Below, piece by piece: positions 53,698-64,000 of a DNA stretch of 64,000 nt. The position numbers were made by a program, and so were the translations under genes. Numbering within the stretch: position 1 is the first letter of the stretch; the number at the start of each line of letters is the position of its first letter. Source of the DNA: Octopus vulgaris (Eukaryota); contig OX597821.1 of NCBI GenBank assembly GCA_951406725.2, positions 53,444,001 to 53,508,000 on the forward strand. The letters are read 5' to 3'. The notes under the pieces were generated by a model. It was not told the DNA's origin. It ran no database searches and saw only the letters and a list, made by a program, of their open reading frames with translations.

Positions 53698-56600
53698 CTC
53701 CTTTGGGAGCTGAGTGCATTTTATGCTCTTCCGCAATCGTACTTGACTGTAATCCTATTTGACTAAGTATTGTTAATATTAACAGCGTAAATGTCTAGCA
53801 TTCACTTCTAAATATATTTTTGTTTGTGGTGGGGATAAGTTAAGAAGAATTGAACGTTAAACCAAGGCTATATACCTTCTACCATTCTCAGCGTCCTCTC
53901 TTCTGTTATCAGCCAAAGTGGCAATTACATACATGTTTTCGTTTTATTAACTCTCCTCAATACAGATATCTTAGTCAAAATAATGAGATTTTGAATATTA
54001 TCTGTATGGTCAGTTTTCGAGACCATAGTTTACATTTTTATAGCAAACAATGTGACAACTTTTCTTATTTGATCACATATTGTGAAAATTGTACTTGCAC
54101 AAGACTATCTACAGATACTGAGCAAGCTTTAAATGAAATATTTAGATGGTGAAGTAAAAAAATGCTAAAACGTATATCTAGATATAATGATACAACAAAT
54201 ATCAAACGCTCTCCATCCAGTGAGTGATAGAAATCATTTAATAGACACACACACACACACACAGACACATACATACACACGCGCGCGCACACACATACAC
54301 ACACGTATGTGTGCATATATTAGTACACATTGCTCAGTTGTGATGGATACATTTGGCACAAGCACGTCTATCTGAAATAGTAAGTACCAATAATTTTGAG
54401 TTATGTATTATGCTACCGTAAATATAAATTTATGAACAAGATTTTACTATTGAAAATATATTTCCACAGCATTTCCTATAGCTCAAATTTGTCAGGACTC
54501 ACTTACATATTTATTATTGGGTAAATATATACGTTCACTGATCAGCCACAGTGTAACTTCAGATTAAAGTATATAATCAATATTATTGCATATAACCATT
54601 TTGCCCATACACAGTTTAGGTGGATCACTTTTAAGATGAAAGGACGTTTGGTTTTCTGATATTTATTTCTTCTAAGTTGTGTCTGATACTTCGATTTGCA
54701 AATTTACTGAACTATGTTATATGCATTTACAGATGTGATACACAAAAATTGCTATAGTTAAAAGACGAGAAACAAATTTCGAGAGAATGTTAAAACAATG
54801 TTTTAAAGATTTTATCTCATTGGCGCCTGATCCTGGTAATTACTTTCAAACTGATCAAAGATAAATATGTTATTCTCTATTAAAAATTATACATAACCAT
54901 ATATCTATTATCATCATGGCGTGCGCACTCAGATCTCAAAGATAAAGTCAGTTCAACACTTTCCTGTCTTCTATTATGTCTGCAACGGGTTTTTTTTTCA
55001 AGTTACGTGGCCTGAAGCTTCTGTTGTACATATGTCTGACGACGTCTCTCTTTTTCTTTTTATTTTACTGGTTTCCATAATGATAGTCGAAGTACAACAT
55101 CATCTTTTCTTCGACAACATTGTTCTCCTAATTTAAGTCTGCGTTGAGTTATAGTTTTTTATTAATAATGGCATTTTCCATATAATTCACTGTTCACCAA
55201 TATTGCACAAAAGAAATATTTTCACCCATCCCCTTAACACCTAGGTATACGATCAAGCTAGTCTGCCTTCTATTTACTACAGTAAATGTTCACTGTTCTG
55301 ATTCATATACAATTCATATTCGTATACGAATATGCTTTCCTTAGAAGATTTGAATACTGTATTTTTTACTTAATTTGACTTTCAAATAGCAGGCTTAATT
55401 TTCATTACATATGATTATGCCAATTCAGATATTACTATACTGTCTCCCTTTGTGATTTCTATTCTGGTTCCCAGATATTTGAAACGATTTACACATTCCA
55501 CAGTTGCTTTCTTTGATGACATGAATATGTTCCTTTTGCAAATAGAAAGTCGTAAAGTCCAGTCCTTTTGTCATTGGTGTGCTCTCCGAATTATTGTGTA
55601 ACTTCTTCAATTTGCTAAAGCAATAGTTGAGCTTTCTTAGAAGAAAGAGTTCAGTTATCTGTATAATTTATATCACCAATAATAGTCGTAGTGTGAAGTC
55701 TGTTACTTAGATGAATTATGTGGAAACTGTCTGCTCTTAATTTCATATTACAAATCGTAATAAGTATTCCAACGCAACAATAACAGAAGGGTGGAGGCGT
55801 GTCATCTTGTAGTTGGATGACTGAATCTTTGCAGAGAAATTAATTTCATCTATGGTAATATGCCCTGACACTCTGCAAAATATTGTTTCAGTAGATTGAT
55901 AAAACGACGTACCTAAAGTTTACAACTGATTGAAGCTTTGTCAGCTTTATAATACTTTTATTAAACATTTATATTGTAATAAATAGTTATCTATTTGGAG
56001 CAGAATCTGTTGATTCTTCGCAAAGGTGTTTTATTGCGGAATATACTTAAAAGCAGCATTTTGATGTAGATTTGAGATGCAATAACCGAGAAACTAATAT
56101 CTATTTCCTTCCTTTGAAACCGGTTCTAAAGAAGGTTTCAACAAAAACAAAACAAAGCAGGTTTCCCTTGGCGTGAGGTTTTATTGCTCATTACTAGTAA
56201 TGGAAACACGAGAGCTTTTGTGTTCCATACTTCCAGTTGTTTATTGCCAAGACCCATTATCTTGCATCAAAACCTTTTTCAATGATAATTATATTTAGAC
56301 ACTTACAAGCACCCAGGAACACCTCCCACACATCCCTACAGGCACCCAAGCACACACACACACATAAACACAGACACACAAGAACCCCCACACACATATA
56401 TATCGAGTCAATTCAATGAGAAGGGTAGATGACAAATTTCAGAGTTTTTGTGACTTCTGGGATAACTTCCGCCCAGAAACATGGACAAAACAACTGCAAA
56501 TCACAGAAGACACCGCTTTTTGTGATCCAGGTAGTGGTGTGAATATTGGGTAATGGATTAATTTTATCCCCGTAGAAGAGAAATGGTTTGATAGTTGCCT

Positions 56601-58655
56601 TACATCATTTTCAATTACAAATGTTTAAGTGAAACACACACTAAATTAAAAGACACTTGCTCGTGTTCCCGAGCACTGAAATCGGGCCAAAACATTATCG
56701 AACTGAAGCACAGCTTTTAAACACATAATAATGTTTAAATTCTGGAATTAATTTCCGAATACCACACCCTGCCGGCAATTTTGTCGCTACAGATTGTTTA
56801 CTGTATCTTTAACATGCTGTGATATTATCACCTACTGTATATTATAACTGTCAATGTTTATCCGTATAACAACCAATAGATAGTTAAAGAATACAGACAT
56901 AAGGAGATGATATACATTGTGATAAAATAATTCTATATTACGTAATCTGATAATGATGCCAGAGATTATCATTAAAAATAGTGAGCTTCTGGGGCATAAA
57001 TATATTTTCTTTTGTATTCTACTTGCTGCGAGATATCTGCCATAGATAAATCGCTTTCATAGTATATCATGCAATTTTGCCTTAGCAAAAATATATGTAT
57101 TTGAATAAAATGGTTAATCTTTAAAATGAAAAAATAGTTAAAATATGTAGTCAACATTTAAATATTGTGTAAACTATAAACTAAACCGAAATTTTCTTTC
57201 AGACAAATACACCATATATTTACTGCTTTTTCTTATGTTCATGTCATGAAAAATGATGTAGAAAACGTTCTTATAAATAGTTCTCTGCACATCAATCAGA
57301 ACTACATATTGTAGAAAAAGATTACTCCTCATATACTATTCACTTTTCCTGCTATTGTTATATTTTTTATATTTATTGTCTTTTTAATATGGGAACTATT
57401 TCCCTTCGTCATGAACCGACAAATATCAGCAAATTCAAAATAATTCAAATAACGAGTGTGGGATGAAGTTTGTATTATTACTAATAACGACAACGCATCC
57501 TTTACATGATTTTCGTATGTAATCTTCGGTTATATTCCATGGCTTCATATTGATTCATCTTCACCATTGTTTCTCTACTAGAATTGTTTGGTGTTGGTGA
57601 CTCTTAAAAGAATTTCATGATAACAGAATATATTGTTCTCGATAAAATTGTTTTTGATCACATTGAAACTACATGGAACTGATTCTTGTGCGTGGTGTGT
57701 CTGTGTGTGTGTGTATATGCGTGTTTTGTGCATGAAATATTAATATGTACTTTACAGAGACACATATTTCTATACATTAATACAGATCTATTAAGGAAAT
57801 ATATTGTATAAGTTTTAACGAAAAAGAAAACTTTAATTTATATGCAATGAAGCATAGCTTGGTTATTACGGTTCGGCTTTCGATGAATAAAAGAATGGCC
57901 ACATTCTCTTTCATTCTATCGAAATCTTCCTTACTATAAATTTCATAAAACAACAACTACATACAAATGCATGAAGGATATTTAACGCATTCCAATAATT
58001 CCTCTAATATGTGAAAAACTGGAATCTAGGGAAGAATTATGCACTGATTACTAAAAATGAATGATCAATAATGGCAATATCCCAGTTACCATTTACAATA
58101 ACTAAGTCCTACAATTATAAGTTCAAGGTTCGGTATACAGTATTTGTCTACAAATGTTAGTTTTAATTTCATTATAGCTCTTCTAATGAAATATAAATTG
58201 ATTTTTTTCTCTCTCACAAAATTTCATTATACGAATTGTGTGTATTCCCACCAAATAATGAGAGGTTTCCGTGCATTTTATATTGATTTCAAATATTAGA
58301 AAGAACATAGAAATTGTGTGCGTTGGAGAAATATAATTTATTATATGGAGCTTAAGATGTTACTGGTATTTATATTGCGTATGTGAAAAAATAAAAAGCA
58401 CAAAGACGAACTCAGCACAATTCAGAATCAAAATTTAAGGATAGCTTGTCAGTAGAGTATATATTCCTCCGCTGCTGTTAGTCCACCACTACTAAGGTGG
58501 GTTTTTTTATGAATTCGATACACTGAAACACATGCAACAATATTTCTTTGCACAGAAGCTTATAGGATATATAAATGTAGTTTATTTCGATTTCTATTAC
58601 CATTTCAATTCCTCACGAATGTGCACATTTCTATTCATGTATTTCATCATCATCA

Positions 58656-59000
58656 ACTCCACCTGTCTAACAATCGTGGACATGTTTACAAAGTTAGAAA
58701 ACAGCACAGCTCCCATTTTTTCACGCTAAGAGTTGCTGAAGCATGGAACAGTCTGCCGGCATCAATTGTTATTTGTCGGAGCACTGCATCCTTCAAGACT
58801 TCCCTGCTTCCTGAGATTCGCCAAAACTACACCTGATTTTCTCCCCTCCATACACACGCAAGCATATATCTGACTCATACACTATTCGCTTTCCAGACAT
58901 TTGTACATTACTGCATATACTTTATGCGCACATTTTGACAAGTTGTGGTTCACCTGAGCACTGTATACAATAATTGCATTATTATTATTATTATTATTAT
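58656..59000 (+). mobile_element. CR1/L2-group LINE 3' end with (ATT)n tail
   Basis: NRGHVYKVRKQ..HFFTLRVAEAWNSLPASIV..STASFKTSL (CR1-type C-terminus), 3' UTR, (ATT)n tail, (CAT)n on both flanks. Confidence 0.85.
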
Positions 59001-59289
59001 CATCATCATCATCCTCATTATATGTTTTTGCTTGGTTTTGCTTCATTTATACGATCTGCACCCAAGTCCCAACCGGAGACGTCAAGGTACAAGGTTTATC
59101 TACGAAGATGGTAAATGGTAAGCGGCCATACAGTTGTAAACCCTCTCTGTAATGTCTGCGGGACGAGAACACAGAACTGGGAGTAAGGATGCTTTTACAT
59201 GGAGACGAATTTACGTAAAACGCTTGTGCTCGTATGTTCAACTGGAATATAAATCCGTCCCTACTTCGGTATGTACATTTATTCATTTA

Positions 59290-59402
59290 TTCTTCTACAT
59301 TTTTCAGTTACTTTGGCTGCGGCAATGCTGGAGCATCGCTAAGTTACGGGAACGTAAACACACCAACATCGGTTGTTAAGGGGGGGGCAAACACAGATAC
59401 AA

Positions 59403-59440
<38 letters not shown>

Positions 59441-59623
59441 GTATATGTATTCTATATTTACGACGGGCTTCTTTCAGTTTCCGTCTACCAAATCCATTGA
59501 CAAGAGTTTGGTCAGTCCGAGGCTATAGTAGAGGATACTTGCCCAAGATGTCACGCAGTGGGACTGAACCCGGAATCATGTCGTTGGGAATCAAAGTACT
59601 TAGCACACAGCTAATATAGCGCC
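59290..59623 (-). mobile_element. Family A SINE
   Basis: CGACGGGCTTCTTTCAGTTTCCGTCTACCAAATCC...GGGACTGAACCCGGAATCATG. Confidence 0.88.
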
Positions 59624-59868
59624 TACGTACGAATATGTTCCTTTAATTTTACTTTGTACACGATAGCGACTTCACTTGATTCACTTGAAACCTTACACAT
59701 ACACAGGCACAAACACGCGCACACACACACATATATATATATACATACATATGTACATACATACATATATGTATATATATTAATGTATGTATGTATTATG
59801 CGTGCAGGTAGGTAACAATCTATCTCTCTCTCTTTCTCTCTCTCTCTCTTTATCTCGATATATGTATG

Positions 59869-59939
<71 letters not shown>

Positions 59940-62072
59940 ATGTATGCATGTATATATGTGCGTGTGTGAGTGCGTGAGTATCACCAGTATGAGAGTCGAC
60001 GTGACAGTACGAAATGCGGTTCATATAATCAAATCATTGCATCAAAGCAAGATCCCTAGATGATCAGCAGGATATCAGACAGAAAAAAAATTCTAAATAT
60101 TTGCAATAGTATGGAATTAATAGGAAAAAAGCGTCCTAATTTTGCTTCATTTGATCGCTTTAGAGTCTAAAATATTTTCAAGAAATATGCAGGATTTTAT
60201 ATATTTCAATGTTGAAAAATGATTTCGATAAGACGATAATTGTTTTTATATAACGAGAAAATTAAGTTTTAAGATAGTGAAATATTTTTGTTATATTCAC
60301 ATTCTAAGCAAGCTCTTTTAACATACAAGATGTTTTCTGTAATACTGAAGGACGAAAGAAGATAATAATATCTTAAACGAATATGACAGTGCAGTATGAA
60401 ATATCTAAAGGAGAGAAACGAATAGAACGTTGCTGTTTACATAAGCAGAGCAATAACGTTTGGTATTAAACTATTCTCAGAATGTATTGATTATAGACAA
60501 TAATATGAAATGACAGATACTCTATTTTCTATGCGATAGATCATATCTTTTCTCCGTGCAGCAGAGTACGATGAAAGCTGAAGCAAGTATATTCAACGTC
60601 CCACTTCAGTTGTGTTTTACAGAGAAACTACTCTTCATGGCATTTTAAATATTTTGCGTTCAGTTTTTTTTTTTATATCTTTAAGTTATAACCCAGGTCT
60701 TTTTACTTTCCAAACTTACTTATTTCAAAATGTGGAGTATGTTAATCGCTTTTACGTGAATGGCTGTGCAACAAAGGCGTCAAGCAATTGGTACGTATTT
60801 TAAAAACACAAGTAACGCGTTTGTTAAAAGCTTTGAAATCATACTAAAATATAGGCAACCACCGACTAATACTAAAGTAATAATAATCTCGCCAGCACCT
60901 AGATTCCAGTGCCGTCACTCATTATGCTCACAAGAAAGAAACATCACTTCAGAGAATACCATCTATTCTGTTGTGGGGAAATGAACGATTTTAAAATTCA
61001 AACTAAATGCATGAAATGCCATAGAGACAATCAACGTAGTGTAGTGCTATTATTAATTTATGACGCAAGAATCATTAAATGAATTGTGGGATATCAGCAC
61101 ATGAGGAATTAGTTTACAATGCACAGCTAATGCGCTCCCGATCTGATGTGGACAATTATACTGGAAAAAAAAAACAGGCAAAAGCTGGAGACTAATGAAT
61201 GCTGAAAGGATTAGTAGAACTAGAGAAAGTAATCCTATCTTTCTACTGAGAAGAAAAGCGTTTGTCTACTTAAGTAATTTGTACAGACCGTTTTCCCAAA
61301 ATTACAAAAAGTATTAAGGAATGATAAGAACCGCTGGCTCGAGTTAATGAATGGAATATTGAAGAAAGAAATTTTAAAATAATGGTAAATAAGCAGGAGT
61401 ATTCATCTAAATACAGAATATGCAATGATACAAATAAGACTACACGCCTCATTTTACTGGAATGCTGAATGCTCATATTTATTCAGGATAGATACAAAAA
61501 ATGATGACATAAGGTTACTGCAATAATTCCCAGAGATTTTTGTAAGTTTCGTTATGCCTTCACAGAATAGAGCTATGACCATTTATTCGGAAAAGAAAAG
61601 AAAGTCTTCGAAAATGATTGAATGTGGTTGATATGTGTCACATCCAGAGAGACCGGAAGAAGTATAGAGCACATCGTCGATACTGTAGACATCGATTCGA
61701 AAATATTTCTTGTAACCGATATGACATGCCAAGTTGTTACAACAATCAAGAAAACGGAACAAAGTAGACAGTTATACCGAATTGCAATTTAAAAACTGCA
61801 AATGGTAGAACAATGAAGCTAAAAATTTTATCCTATAGCCATAGCTACTATTACTAACAATTTGAAAGAAATCATTGGAAGGATACGTTTTTATCTGCTT
61901 TCTACTGTGCAGAAAAACGTTTACTTGGTTCAATAATATTCACGATGCATAATAATGCTCGATATTGAGAACGGAAAGGGACATATAGGAGAGAAGCGGG
62001 AAAATGCTGCTTATTCTAGACACTGTTAGAAAGCCAAACTTAGTTGGTTAAAATATCAATACTATGTATCAG

Positions 62073-62222
62073 CATGATGATGATGATCATCATCATAATC
62101 ATAATTATCATAATCATCATGATCATTGTCATCACCATCATCATGAAGTGGTAGACTGTGTTGATGACCATGACGATGACAACAATGATGATGTTACTGA
62201 TGATGATGATAATGACGATGAT
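62073..62222. repeat. (GAT/CAT)n degenerate trinucleotide repeat
   Basis: Directly visible. Confidence 0.9.
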
Positions 62223-63319
62223 TCATTCTCATTTCGATGTCAGGATTAATCGTACGTGATAATGTTTATAACATTTCCGTTTACTTGGCGTTCATCCATC
62301 TAAAGACGTTCTTCCTAATTTATTCCATTCTACATGTTGTCTAATATTTCTAGTCCACTATGATTTGGCCTAGAAGCTAGTGATGCGTAATGTTTCATGT
62401 AATATTCACTTGAATTGAAAGTTCCCCTTCCTCATCGAAAAAAATACAATTTTGTTTATTTGGTTTCGTGATATAAATTAGGATGGTTTTCTAAGCTCTG
62501 CCAAAGATTCGTAATTGCTCATACAATCGTAAGAACGCTGTCCTGACATACTACGTGCCTTTGACATTTCTGGATCTGGCTGTGCCCACACCTCTTGAGT
62601 TTTGAGCGTACGAGTTTTTTTCTCCAAAAAGTGAAAATGCCAAGAATAATGCTACGGAAATCTGACCGGTTAGATTTGAACCTTGAGCATATAGAATTGC
62701 AATGGTTACTACAAAGTAATAATACTTCTACTTTAATGGCACTACCATTTGTGCACCTCACCAAATAAGCAGTTGAATTGCCAATAGAGAAACTCAAATG
62801 AATTGGTATTAATATATTTTATTATTGACCTAATACTACAACTACTTCATAGCATCACATTCCTACAAGATTTAACGCTTGTTTTTATTGTGGTATGTAT
62901 TAATTTTCTATATTTACTGTCTAGACACCCTGAAATTGGCTTCCAATTCTTTTTTCTGAATATACAAATATCTTCATATATCTTACTAGAAGAGGCAAGC
63001 TGTATCGAATACTGATGCTTTAAGTTGATTTGGTACTTAAAATGAAAAGGAAATCGTTTGAATAATTTTGTTTATCCATTCAAAACATATTTATATAATT
63101 CTTCAAAGCAGAATATATTATGACGAACACATTATGAAGGACACACATCTTTCCATCTGAATGTATTAGTACTTCCTGTATTTCAGGAATTTAAGTGCGA
63201 TATACAGGATGTTTATTGAAGAAAATCAATAAGTGGAAGGTGGCTGCTAGAGCAAATCATTTGCTTAGATTAATCTTTATGTTTTGCAAAACTTGTCAGC
63301 GGGTGAATGTAGCCGTGAC

Positions 63320-63510
63320 AAAGTCAAAGTTGGAGGCAATAATTTCATCAAGAATCAGTAAATAGTAACAATTCCTTCAGCAAGAAGATATTGGAGATGG
63401 GTTCATAAGAAACATAACAGTAATACACACATATATAAGAAATATTTAACAAGAAATTGATGTGCGAAAACAAACTGAAATATATTTGCTTTTTGTTGAT
63501 GTACTGCACA
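63320..63510 (+). pseudogene. Possible decayed RTE-like RT fragment
   Basis: LEAIISSRI..DGFIRN.. and KQTEIYLLFVD resemble RT motifs 2-3. Confidence 0.35.
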
Positions 63511-64000
63511 AATCAGTGTTTCGCAACCCAACTTCGTCGCAAATCAGTATCCAAAAATAATATACTTGTTTTCTAATCTTCCTAGCGACCCACAAAACTT
63601 ATATTGCCTTTGAATCATTACTAACATTATTTTGTGTAATGAAACAATTGGAAAGCAGACTTTGTCGTTTAATTTCCGAATACATTCATGAACGAAAAAA
63701 GTAGAATCAGTAAATAAAGAATGAAAATATTTTCTAATACTTTACTGCATACAATATATCTCCTGAGCAATATTTCTATTGATTTTAAAAAAAAAACCCT
63801 CGAAATATTTGACTTCCAAATACTTGTGATAACACCTCAGGCTATTGAATTTGTACATGAGAAAAAAATCTCTCTTTTTTATGTCATACAGGATGAAGTA
63901 AAATATATTGAATGTAGCCAGCAGACAGAATAGTTTTAAGAGTGATAAATAGGTATGTATAATTTATAAACTGCTTGTTAGTGATTGATAACAATTCATA

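Overview
AT-rich animal non-coding DNA with no recognisable host protein-coding exon. The dense (TA)n/(CA)n/(GATA)n microsatellites and the tRNA-derived SINE families point to an octopus (coleoid cephalopod) genome; this is an inference. Nearly all ORFs in the track are microsatellite translations. Real coding remnants are all transposon-derived: a 5'-truncated Penelope-like (Neptune-type) RT-end/GIY-YIG ORF (28212-29018), R4/Dong-like restriction-endonuclease LINE ends, a CR1-like 3' end, and mariner and DD37D fragments. The main hidden signal is RNA-structural. There are at least 7 type-I hammerhead ribozyme (HHR) motifs from 4 unrelated sequence families, plus decayed candidates, all in non-coding elements abutting (TA)n tracts. 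They include a young 492-bp tandem retrozyme-like array with an inverted 5' copy (22198-23707) and a ~313-bp-arm palindrome carrying a U3:A8 core variant (48291-48960). Also seen: a candidate minus-strand recursive splice site (41724-41750) and repeated insertion of one SINE subfamily into the head of its own relatives.
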